A model generated the notes under the pieces. That model was not told the origin of the DNA. It was given only the letters and a program-made list of their open reading frames with translations, and did not search any database. Made by a program: the position numbers and the translations under genes. DNA of 36,876 nt, from sequence record SRR20825006_2754. One strand, given 5' to 3'. Every line of letters starts with the position of its first letter. The first letter of the stretch is position 1. Below, in pieces: positions 9,877 to 18,312 of this stretch.

Positions 9877-11253
9877 TTATTTGCTACCGGTTTTTGAAAT
9901 TTCAGGCTGCCCTGCACTCTCACGTGTCGCGGCAGGTTCCATGTCGCTCTGTTTGACAACACCACCCCCGTCACCACTGGACGGATCAAACAGCGGGGCA
10001 ATCGATTTCAGGACATCGCCGGCCGTTTTACCCGCCGTTGAAACATCCTCTGACGCGCCCGCTGTCGGGGCTGTCGGTTTCATCGACGGTGTTACCGGCG
10101 GTGTGGCCGAATTTGCCGCGCCGGGGCGCGCGCGTTTGTCCGACGGATCGACCGGGGCACGAACGCCCGGCGAAATCGCATTTTGCGGCGCGATTTCCTG
10201 CGACCGCGCATTAAGCGCCCCGGAATTCGGCAGGCTTTCCGCCGTATCGTTCACAAGCTCCGCCCCCGAATCTGAATCCGTGGTGCTGGCCGTCGGCGAA
10301 TCTGCGGTATTGAGGATCACGGGCAGGCCATCTTTGCCGCCAATGATGATCGTCTTGCTGTTTTTCGATGTCGCAAGCGTCATGGTGGCTTCGATACCGC
10401 GCAGGCGAAGATATTCCTCGGTAATCGTTTTGGCGACGATATCCTGGAATTCCCGAATACCTTCCGCCTCGATCTTCTTGCGTTCCTTTTCCTTTTCCTC
10501 GCGCGCCAGACGGAAATCATATTCCAGCATGGCCTGATATTGTTCAGCCTTGCGTTCAATCGCATCCGCAACGCGTTCGGGCAGGATCACGGAACGGATC
10601 AGAACGTCTTCAACCGTCACCAGCCGCCCCTGAAAACTCTGATTGACCAGTGATGATCCAAGCTCGTTGACCATCCGTTCAAGGATTTCGGCCTGAATGA
10701 AGGCACGGGTTTCGGTATAAAGCTGTTCAGGCGTGTAACGCGAAATCAGTTCACGCGCATGCGATCCGATTTCCGGATACACAAGGATTTCCGCATAATT
10801 CGGCCCGACAAGCTTGTGCAGCATCCCGACCGCTTCGCGATTGATCCGATACCGCACCGCAATGTCGACTTCCATCGACAGGCCGTTCGATGAAATGGTG
10901 TCATAAACCCGCGCCTGATTTTGCAGACGCGCGTCATAGATATACATTTCATCCCATGGGAAGATCATGTGAATGCCCTCCCCATAGCTTTTGTCAACCA
11001 CCGTCCCGCCAAAGAACCGGTACCACATCACCGCCACATGCCCGGCAGGCACGGTAATGAAAATCTGCGGTGCCAACGCGAAAATCGCGATCAGCAAAAA
11101 CAGAATCCCGATCAGAAATGTCGTGCGCAACCGCCGCAGGCGTTCCCCCGCGCTAATGAAAAAGCGCCGCCAAAAGATCGACCACCGCCCTCTTTTGCGG
11201 GCGGTTGCGTTTTGGTCTGGTGCACCGGGTGCGACTGTCGCGCTATCAACCAT
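9877..11253 (-). CDS. SPFH/band 7 prohibitin-family membrane protein with long low-complexity C-terminal tail
   Basis: N-terminal TM helix; VPAGHVAV..FFGG...GEGIHMIFPW; EDVLIRSVILP..VADAIERK; coiled coil EKERKKIEAEGI; YLRLRGIEA; Pro/Ala/Ser/Thr-rich tail. Confidence 0.88.
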   Translation of the reverse strand: MVDSATVAPGAPDQNATARKRGRWSIFWRRFFISAGERLRRLRTTFLIGILFLLIAIFALAPQIFITVPAGHVAVMWYRFFGGTVVDKSYGEGIHMIFPWDEMYIYDARLQNQARVYDTISSNGLSMEVDIAVRYRINREAVGMLHKLVGPNYAEILVYPEIGSHARELISRYTPEQLYTETRAFIQAEILERMVNELGSSLVNQSFQGRLVTVEDVLIRSVILPERVADAIERKAEQYQAMLEYDFRLAREEKEKERKKIEAEGIREFQDIVAKTITEEYLRLRGIEATMTLATSKNSKTIIIGGKDGLPVILNTADSPTASTTDSDSGAELVNDTAESLPNSGALNARSQEIAPQNAISPGVRAPVDPSDKRARPGAANSATPPVTPSMKPTAPTAGASEDVSTAGKTAGDVLKSIAPLFDPSSGDGGGVVKQSDMEPAATRESAGQPEISKTGSK

Positions 11254-11311
11254 TCATCATCTCGTCGTCGGATTTATCGTGACGCATGCTGATCGCCCGT
11301 CAGTCATCATC

Positions 11312-11509
11312 TTATTCATAATCAAGGTCTTTAAGCTTTTCACGAAGCTCCCGCGACGGGCGCGCAACAATCTGAACCAGAAAATCACCAATCGGGGTGA
11401 TCACAATCGCCAGCAGGAAATGCCCCAGAAATCCGAACGATGTCCGGCGGCCAAGCATGCCGCAAACAATGCAGGCCAACAGATAAATTACAATCAAAAT
11501 CAAATGCAT
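11312..11509 (-). CDS. Small (65 aa) two-TM membrane protein of unknown function
   Basis: Two hydrophobic segments flanking LGRRTSFGFLGHF and a charged tail; fills the gap between co-oriented genes. Confidence 0.7.
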   Translation of the reverse strand: MHLILIVIYLLACIVCGMLGRRTSFGFLGHFLLAIVITPIGDFLVQIVARPSRELREKLKDLDYE

Positions 11510-11553
11510 CGTTTCGCCACCCGAATTCCTGTTATTGCGCGATTACGCGTTCT

Positions 11554-12060
11554 TCACGCCGTTTTCTCGTCCTGATCGAATTTCAGGCCTTCCTTGAATT
11601 TCCGGCGAAAATCGGCCTCTGCCTTTTGGGCGTCAAAATCCGCCATCGTCCCGCCGGCGGCGTAATGCTGCTGAAAAACCCGACCAAGCGCATAGGTAAA
11701 TGCCGCATTGAAACCCGGCATGGTCACGATGCTCAGCGTCGATCCGACAACCGGCATCACCTTGGCAATATTGGAAAATATCCCCGTCCCCAAAAGAGCC
11801 CGCCCCAAAACGCCGCTGGTAATGCACGCGGTTAAGGCCGCAATCACGGATTTGCCACTGCTTTTATTGAACGCAACACCGTAAACATCGCTCAGTTCCG
11901 CCAGCATTTTAAGCTGCACGGCAACCGTCGCCGCAGAATCGAGAACAGGAATCGGAACAAAACCGGTTCCCGCCGCCCAAAGGGCATTGCGTTGCACAAC
12001 ACCACTTGCAATCCGGTGCTGTTTGCGCCGTTTCAGCACTTCAAGCGTTTCAGCCCCCAT
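11554..12060 (-). CDS. DUF697/YcjF-like protein (copy 2)
   Basis: GFVPIPVLD...VQLKMLAELSDVYGVAF...TYALGRVF..H..GGT..DFDA, clearly paralogous to 9215-9775. Start moved to ATG 12060 with GGGGGA RBS. Confidence 0.75.
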   Translation of the reverse strand: MGAETLEVLKRRKQHRIASGVVQRNALWAAGTGFVPIPVLDSAATVAVQLKMLAELSDVYGVAFNKSSGKSVIAALTACITSGVLGRALLGTGIFSNIAKVMPVVGSTLSIVTMPGFNAAFTYALGRVFQQHYAAGGTMADFDAQKAEADFRRKFKEGLKFDQDEKTA

Positions 12061-12224
12061 AACGTCCCCCAGTTTATTGTCCCGCGCCAAATCATAATCG
12101 CTAACTATCAGCACTGCAAACCGAATCAAGGTTTTATACAGCCTTGACCCCAACCCCGATGCAATCAACCATATGGTTTGTGAAAGCCGCTTTCTGAGGA
12201 TATAACCGGCTTAACAGGATCATG

Positions 12225-12246
12225 TTTTGAAAATATTTTGAAAATA
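12225..12246. promoter_or_regulatory. Tandem 11-bp repeat (TTTTGAAAATA)x2, candidate operator in a divergent promoter region
   Basis: Exact direct repeat at 12225-12235 and 12236-12246, containing the dyad TATTTT-G-AAAATA, about 20 nt upstream of the 12267 start. Confidence 0.4.
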
Positions 12247-12266
12247 TATCTCGCCGGAGACACGTT

Positions 12267-13061
12267 TTGAAGCTGTCTACCAAGATCGGGCTGGCCCTTT
12301 TCCTTGTGCTTGCAAGCGCACTGAGCATGACCACGGTCCTGAATTATCTGCGATTCGACCAGACCCTGCACACTCTTCTGGCCCAGCGCATGACCGTGAT
12401 CCTCAATGAAACCAGTCAGGATGTCCTTGCCGGGATCGATCTGGGCTTGCGGCTGGAAAACATGGAAAACCTTCAATCGGTCCTGAACCGGCGTCTGGAT
12501 ATGGCCAACGATATCCGCAATGTCGCCGTTCTGGACTGCAACGGCACCCCAATCAGCAACGCCACCCGGTCCCCAGACAGCCCCCCCAATGATCAGGCAC
12601 TCTCTGGCGCGGCAATATCGCAACAGACACGTGATCATTGGATCGATTTCACACCGGGGATCGCCACCGCCGGACAGGTCCTGCGCGACAGCCTTGGCCA
12701 ATGCGCGGGTCTGGTCGTCATCACCGCAAACTCGCAGGCCTCCGAAGCCAAACTTGCCAATGCCTTCTCTGAAATGTGGAAATCGGCGGCCTTCGGCATG
12801 GGCATGATTGTGCCCATCCTTGGCGTCCTGTTCATTCTGATGCGCCGTCGCCATCGCGTTTTCGAAGAACTGCACGAAGATCTGGCGCGCGCTGTTGCGG
12901 GCAAGGCCCCCAATACCCGCCCCCATGATGGCGATGTCCTGACCCAAAGCGAAATCGAACTGATTTCCCTGTACCGCGAAATCCGCGATCAGTTGCCCCA
13001 CGATACGCAAAATGACGGTACCGAACGCACATCGAAAACCCCGGCGGAGCCCCTGAAATGA
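12267..13061 (+). CDS. Membrane protein, TM - periplasmic Cache/PDC-like domain - TM, no recognisable output domain
   Basis: TTG start with GGAGA RBS; two hydrophobic helices flank a soluble region containing DIRNVAVLDCNG; no kinase, MCP or GGDEF motif; ATGA overlap with the next gene. Confidence 0.7.
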   Translation: MKLSTKIGLALFLVLASALSMTTVLNYLRFDQTLHTLLAQRMTVILNETSQDVLAGIDLGLRLENMENLQSVLNRRLDMANDIRNVAVLDCNGTPISNATRSPDSPPNDQALSGAAISQQTRDHWIDFTPGIATAGQVLRDSLGQCAGLVVITANSQASEAKLANAFSEMWKSAAFGMGMIVPILGVLFILMRRRHRVFEELHEDLARAVAGKAPNTRPHDGDVLTQSEIELISLYREIRDQLPHDTQNDGTERTSKTPAEPLK

Positions 13062-15076
13062 CCCCCTCTGCCAATCCGAAAACCAAACCCGATACCCCCG
13101 CATCCCCTCATGGCGGCAATATCCGAAGCCGCCTTTTCCCCAAGGGCACGATCTGGATTCTGCTGCTGTTCAGCACGATCTCGCTTTGCATTGCCTTGGT
13201 CGGGATTTCGTGGCGGGCCGCCGAACTGGCGCGTGCTGATCTGCAAACCGAAATCCGCGAAAAGGCCGAAATCGAAGCCCGGGTTCTTGGCGAAAAAATC
13301 GAAAATGCCCTGCGGCTCGGCATTCCGCTCCGCGAGATTGTCGGCTTTGAAGCCGTCGTCTATCAGCTTCGCGATGGCGACCCCGATCTGGTTTTTGCCG
13401 CCATCACCGACATGGGGGGCGACATCCTGCATGCGGGCGGCCTGCCATCGGATGAAATCGCCACCGCCCTAACGGCCCCGTCGGGCAACGATACCGCCTA
13501 TATCGTGACCCGCCTCAACCTGCCCCGCGCCGAGGGGCGCGACGATATCGAGGTGGTCCTTGGCCATGCCCGTGCCGCCCTGATGCGCCCGGTTACTGAT
13601 AACCTTTATGACATTGCAATCATTTTCATCATAACCCTCGCCCTTTCATTTGAACTGATGTTGCTGGTGTTAACCGTCAATGTCGCCCTGCCAGTAAGGG
13701 TTGCGCGCAAGGTGCTGGGCAATGTGCGCGACCGCAAATTCACCCTGCTGCATGGCCAAAGCACCCATGACGAAATCGGCCAGTTCATGGAACGCATCAA
13801 TTCCCTGATCAACACCACCGCCAAAAAGGTCGGCACACATCCCCAACGCGAACGGGAGGTAAAGCTGATCGGGGTTCGCATGCTGGCCTTCATGTTTGTC
13901 CTGGCCGAAGAACTGGCCCGTCCGATCATGCCTGCCTTCTTTAGCCAGGTCACATCCCACAGCATCGACGGGCAGCTTGGCGCAGGCGTGGTCATGGCGG
14001 TGCATCTCCTGATGGTTGCCCTTGCCATGCCGATCTGCAGCCTGTTTCAGGAACAGGTCGGGTCACTGCGCATGTATCTGTGCGGCGCGTTTCTGGCGAC
14101 ACTTGGTCTGATCGGTACCGCCTTTGCCGTTGGCATCTGGGATCTTGTCCTGTGGCGCGCATTATCGGGGATCGGTTACGCCACCACCTTTGTCGCCTGT
14201 CAATCCTATGTCCTTGATGCCACCAATGACAGCAACCGCACACAGGGAACCGCCATGATGGTCAGCGGCATCATGCTGGCTGATATCTGCGGCCCGGCGA
14301 TTGGCGGGATTGTCGCTGGCCATTTCGGCCCGGATATGACCTTTATCGCCGGTGCGACCATTGCGTTTCTTGCCGTCCTTCTGGCCTTCTTCCTGATGGA
14401 TAATATGGTGCGTGGCAAAACCCCACCGCCGGTCCCGACCAGGGCCGCCCTTCGTGCCATGCTCGGCAATCGCCGTTTGCAGGTGCTGATCCTGTTTGCC
14501 GCCATCCCCGCCAAACTGATCCTTAGCGGCTTTTTATATTACCTGACCCCGATGATCTTGCTGCAATCGGGTGCGACCACGGCCGAAACCGGGCGGGTGA
14601 TCATGCTTTACGGGCTGGTCGCGATCCTGACCGGCTGGGCGGTGGCAAAATGGACCGACAAAAGCCAGAACGAAACCCGCGCGGTCGGCATTGGCGGTGG
14701 TTTGACCGCCGCCGGATTGTTGCTGGCGGGCTGGCTTCCCGAATATGCCCTGTTTGCGGTTGCCGTCGCCTTGCTAGGCCTCGCACAGGCAACCTCAATC
14801 CCGGCACAGCTTTCCGCCAGCCTGAAACTCAGCAAGGATTTCACCAAGGATCACGGCACCGGCCCGGTCCTTGCGGTCCTGCGTCTGGCAGAACGTCTGG
14901 GCGGGGCGGCCGGTCCGCTGCTGGCCGCCGGTCTGACCCTTCTGGTCGGAACAACGCAGGCCGTCCTGATTTTCGGGGTTTTTGCCGCCGTTTCGGTTCT
15001 GTGCTTTGAACTTCTGATCGGTCATGTGCCCCCAGAACAAAAGGGCGAACAAAAAGCACAAGGAGGGACGAAATGA
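13058..15076 (+). CDS. MFS transporter fused to an N-terminal TM-sensor-TM-HAMP-like module
   Basis: The C-terminal ~400 aa has about 12 TM helices with MFS motifs (WRALSGIG, GPAIGGIVA, GPLLAAGL). The N-terminal ~270 aa has two TMs, a periplasmic domain (DLVFAAITDMGG) and a HAMP-like P...DEIGQFMERIN segment. Confidence 0.8.
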   Translation: MTPSANPKTKPDTPASPHGGNIRSRLFPKGTIWILLLFSTISLCIALVGISWRAAELARADLQTEIREKAEIEARVLGEKIENALRLGIPLREIVGFEAVVYQLRDGDPDLVFAAITDMGGDILHAGGLPSDEIATALTAPSGNDTAYIVTRLNLPRAEGRDDIEVVLGHARAALMRPVTDNLYDIAIIFIITLALSFELMLLVLTVNVALPVRVARKVLGNVRDRKFTLLHGQSTHDEIGQFMERINSLINTTAKKVGTHPQREREVKLIGVRMLAFMFVLAEELARPIMPAFFSQVTSHSIDGQLGAGVVMAVHLLMVALAMPICSLFQEQVGSLRMYLCGAFLATLGLIGTAFAVGIWDLVLWRALSGIGYATTFVACQSYVLDATNDSNRTQGTAMMVSGIMLADICGPAIGGIVAGHFGPDMTFIAGATIAFLAVLLAFFLMDNMVRGKTPPPVPTRAALRAMLGNRRLQVLILFAAIPAKLILSGFLYYLTPMILLQSGATTAETGRVIMLYGLVAILTGWAVAKWTDKSQNETRAVGIGGGLTAAGLLLAGWLPEYALFAVAVALLGLAQATSIPAQLSASLKLSKDFTKDHGTGPVLAVLRLAERLGGAAGPLLAAGLTLLVGTTQAVLIFGVFAAVSVLCFELLIGHVPPEQKGEQKAQGGTK

Positions 15077-16098
15077 CATTCCCCCGTCCCCCGGCTTTTC
15101 GTCTGCTTGGCATTCTTGCGGTCTTGATCGTCGCACTCAGCGCGACGTTATTGCCAACGGCATATGCGCAATCATCAAAGGCCCCGCTTAAAATCGCCAT
15201 GATCCTTTGGCGGGGTGAAACCAATGTCGAACAGGGATTTCGCGCCTATTTCGACGAAAACAACATCCCCGTCGATCTGACCATTCATGACGTTGCGCGT
15301 GATCTGTCGCGCGTGCCTGCCATCATCGATCAGATCCGCAAAGACCCGCCCGATCTGGTTTACACATGGGGCACCGGGATCACATCTTCTGTCGTCGGCA
15401 AATATGATGCCGTCGATCCGGCGAAAAACATCACCGATCTTCCGGTGGTCTATGTGATGGTTTCATCGCCTTGGAAAACCGGTATTGCCGCGCCTGCGGG
15501 CCAAAGCCGCCCCAATGTCACCGGGGCAACCCACATCGCCCCGCTTGCCGCCCAGATCAATGCCATCCGCGCCTATCGCCCGATGGATAAACTCGGCGTG
15601 GTCTATAACAGCCGCGAAGACAATTCCGTTTCCAACGTCGCCGATCTGACCGAACTGGGCCGCGAAATGGGGTTTGACGTTCTGGCCGCCCCCCTTGGCA
15701 CCGACGACGAACCATCCGCCGATGACATCGCCCCCGCCGTTGCCGAACTGGCGCGCAAGGGGGCCGATATCCTGTATATCGGGCCGGATAACTTCATCGG
15801 CAATTATCGCGATACCCTGACCGATGCCGGTTTTGCCAACGGGCTTGCCGCCTTTAGCGCGACCGAACTTGAAGTCCGCGATGGTCACGCCATGCTGGGC
15901 CTTGTCAGCCGCTATGAACTTGTCGGCCGTCTCGCCGCCAGCAAGGTCGAACAAATTCTGATCGGTGGCATATCACCCGCCGATATCCCGGTCGAAACGC
16001 TTGACCGGTTTTCCTATCTGATCCGGCTGTCATCGGCGCGCAAACTGAAACTCTATCCGCCGCTGTCGCTGCTGGATTACGCGGAGGTCATCGAATGA
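15073..16098 (+). CDS. ABC-type periplasmic substrate-binding protein (ABC_sub_bind-like)
   Basis: Signal peptide ending AYA-Q; PDLVYTWGT, NVTGAT, LGVVYNSREDNS, G..PADIPVE. Confidence 0.85.
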   Translation: MTFPRPPAFRLLGILAVLIVALSATLLPTAYAQSSKAPLKIAMILWRGETNVEQGFRAYFDENNIPVDLTIHDVARDLSRVPAIIDQIRKDPPDLVYTWGTGITSSVVGKYDAVDPAKNITDLPVVYVMVSSPWKTGIAAPAGQSRPNVTGATHIAPLAAQINAIRAYRPMDKLGVVYNSREDNSVSNVADLTELGREMGFDVLAAPLGTDDEPSADDIAPAVAELARKGADILYIGPDNFIGNYRDTLTDAGFANGLAAFSATELEVRDGHAMLGLVSRYELVGRLAASKVEQILIGGISPADIPVETLDRFSYLIRLSSARKLKLYPPLSLLDYAEVIE

Positions 16099-16766
16099 CC
16101 CAACTGACCCGGCTTGATCCATCCCATCTTCCGGCCATCATCGCCCTGCATCACAGGGTAATTGCGGACCTGCCGCCGGGCAATGCCGCCACCGAAACCG
16201 ATCAGTTCTTTGCCGATCATCTGGATGCCTGCGGGCAGATTTTTGGGGCCTTTGACGGGGACCGTCTGATGGCCTATTGCGTGCTGGGATTACCGCGCGA
16301 AACCGATCCGAATTTCGGCACCGACCATCACCTTCCCCCCGATCAGTTGGGCAAGGTCGCCCATATCGACGGGGTCGCGGTTGATCCGCAATGGCGCGGA
16401 CAGGGGTGGCAACGCCGGATGGTCGAACACCGCATCGAAATCGCCCGGAAATGCGGGCGCACCATCGCACTCAGCACCGTCGCCCCAACCAATTTCCCAA
16501 GCCTGATCAGCACGGTCTCAACCGGCCTTGCCATTCATGGATTGATCGCGAAATTTGGCGGGAACCGTTTTCTGCTGCGCCGGGATATCGGCCCCGATCA
16601 GGATGCAAAATTCCCGTCCGCACCCGATCGCGCAATCTGGTGCGCCAGTGACGATCTTGCGACCTGCCGGAAATTGCTCGATGACGGGTTGATCGGCCTG
16701 TTTTGCCAATCATCACCCCATGGCACGGCGCCGCGCATCGGCTGGGTTCCGGCCATACCCGCTTAA
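16095..16766 (+). CDS. GNAT-family N-acyltransferase
   Basis: Acyl-CoA-binding motif A GVAVDPQWRGQGWQRRM and motif B TVAPTNFPS; ATGA overlap with the upstream gene. Confidence 0.8.
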   Translation: MTQLTRLDPSHLPAIIALHHRVIADLPPGNAATETDQFFADHLDACGQIFGAFDGDRLMAYCVLGLPRETDPNFGTDHHLPPDQLGKVAHIDGVAVDPQWRGQGWQRRMVEHRIEIARKCGRTIALSTVAPTNFPSLISTVSTGLAIHGLIAKFGGNRFLLRRDIGPDQDAKFPSAPDRAIWCASDDLATCRKLLDDGLIGLFCQSSPHGTAPRIGWVPAIPA

Positions 16767-16775
16767 TAACGCTGC

Positions 16776-18041
16776 TTATTGCTGATAACTGTAATTCCAT
16801 TTGCTCGGCCCTTTCGGGTCGGCCTGCTGATAATAGGGTTGCCAGTCACAGGCATGCGCATCTGTTTCCCAATAACATGCCGCCCCCTTATGGAACGGCA
16901 GGAAATTGCCCTTTTCATACATATCGTCGGCAACCACGCTTCGGAATGTCGGATACATTTCCTTCATCCGGTCGATATTTTCATGAACGATCCGCGTGAT
17001 CCAGTACACCACATACGGATCGGCCGGTTCATAGGCGATAAGGGATGCCTTGAACCCATAGGATGCAATCGCTTCTTCCTGCGCACTATATGTCTTTGCT
17101 GGCAAAACCTGATTAAAGAAATACTGGTTTGCCCGCACCATCTCATCTGTCAAGGGGCCGCCCATGCCGACAACCCGCGCCCCGCAGCCAAGCGTATCTT
17201 CAATCAGCGTCGCCGGATGCCCGATCCACAGACCGAACGCATCAATATAATTCTCGCAGATGCCAAGTTCGTTATAATCCTGCGCAACATTGTAAACGGT
17301 ATCAAGATCCTCAAGCGTGATATCGTACCGCGACAGAAGCTCAAGCCACAATTCCCGCGATGCCGACCCTTCCGGCCCGATATTGATGCGTTTGCCGCGC
17401 AGATCGCCAACCGATTCAATGCCGGAATCATTGCGCACCACCAGCAACCCCATTTCATCATGCAGCGACATCACCGACCGCGCACCGGGGATCGGCGCAA
17501 TGCCTTTCTGCGCTTCCCAGTTATTGTTCGACTGCACAATGGCAAGCTGCACCCGTCCTTCCTTCATCAGGCGGATATTGCTGCCGACACCCTGGGATCG
17601 CAACGGCACGCAATGCACGCGATGGCGCTCAAAGGTACGGCTCATCATCTCGCAAATCTGGGCTGCAACCTTGAAATACACGCCACTCGTGCTGCCGCTG
17701 TAAATCGCCGCGTAATAGGATCGTTCGGTCTGGCCATCACCGGCAATCACATCGGTGTTGCTCAACACCGCCAGACTTTCCGGGTCGGTTGTCCGGCGAC
17801 GATATTGCGACAACGGAATGGCATCGGGCTTGTAAATCAGGCCATCAATCAGGTCCGGGTTGGATTTTGCCGGGTCGATGATCGCATCGTCATATGTGTC
17901 GACATCGATATCAGGCAGGACGTCAACCGGCGACATATCGGCACTTGCATCCTCGGCAACGGTGCCGCTTTCCTGCGCATACGCACCCGCCGCCCCCGCC
18001 GACAGCAGAATTGCCAGCATACCGGTCGCAATCATTCTCAT
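16776..18041 (-). CDS. TAXI-family TRAP transporter solute-binding protein
   Basis: GSTSGVYF, SQGVGSNI, QLAIVQSN, GIESVGDLRGKRINIGPEGS, PFHKGAACYW. Start moved to ATG 18041 so the protein begins with a signal peptide (..AGAYA-Q). Confidence 0.85.
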   Translation of the reverse strand: MRMIATGMLAILLSAGAAGAYAQESGTVAEDASADMSPVDVLPDIDVDTYDDAIIDPAKSNPDLIDGLIYKPDAIPLSQYRRRTTDPESLAVLSNTDVIAGDGQTERSYYAAIYSGSTSGVYFKVAAQICEMMSRTFERHRVHCVPLRSQGVGSNIRLMKEGRVQLAIVQSNNNWEAQKGIAPIPGARSVMSLHDEMGLLVVRNDSGIESVGDLRGKRINIGPEGSASRELWLELLSRYDITLEDLDTVYNVAQDYNELGICENYIDAFGLWIGHPATLIEDTLGCGARVVGMGGPLTDEMVRANQYFFNQVLPAKTYSAQEEAIASYGFKASLIAYEPADPYVVYWITRIVHENIDRMKEMYPTFRSVVADDMYEKGNFLPFHKGAACYWETDAHACDWQPYYQQADPKGPSKWNYSYQQ

Positions 18042-18230
18042 GCCGATCTCAAAACGCAAAACCGTCCACTCATCGTTTGTGATGAACCAATCCTCGCATC
18101 CCAACGGCCATCCTAAAGGATCGCCCGGAAGCCCGTCGAGAGCGAAGATGAATTAATACCCTTATTCTCAGCGATTTAACACAATCGTCTTCACCGCAAT
18201 CCTCACCGATCGTCGATATTCAGATTGTGT

Positions 18231-18259
18231 TTGACGCAACATCATACGCCCCTCATAAA
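18231..18259 (+). promoter_or_regulatory. Candidate sigma70-type promoter for the PLP-enzyme gene
   Basis: TTGACG-N17-CATAAA in an AT-rich intergenic region, about 55 nt upstream of ATG 18313 (RBS GGAGA). Confidence 0.4.
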
Positions 18260-18312
18260 CCAGAAGACCATATAACAGAAAACCGGACCACGGCCAGATT
18301 TCGGAGAAGACG

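Noticed and set aside
12165-13103. 312 aa minus-strand ORF
   Set aside because: Antisense to the 12267-13061 gene, which has an RBS, TM topology and translational coupling.
16779-18116. 445 aa plus-strand ORF
   Set aside because: Antisense shadow of the TAXI gene with no recognisable motifs; expected from GC-rich codon bias.
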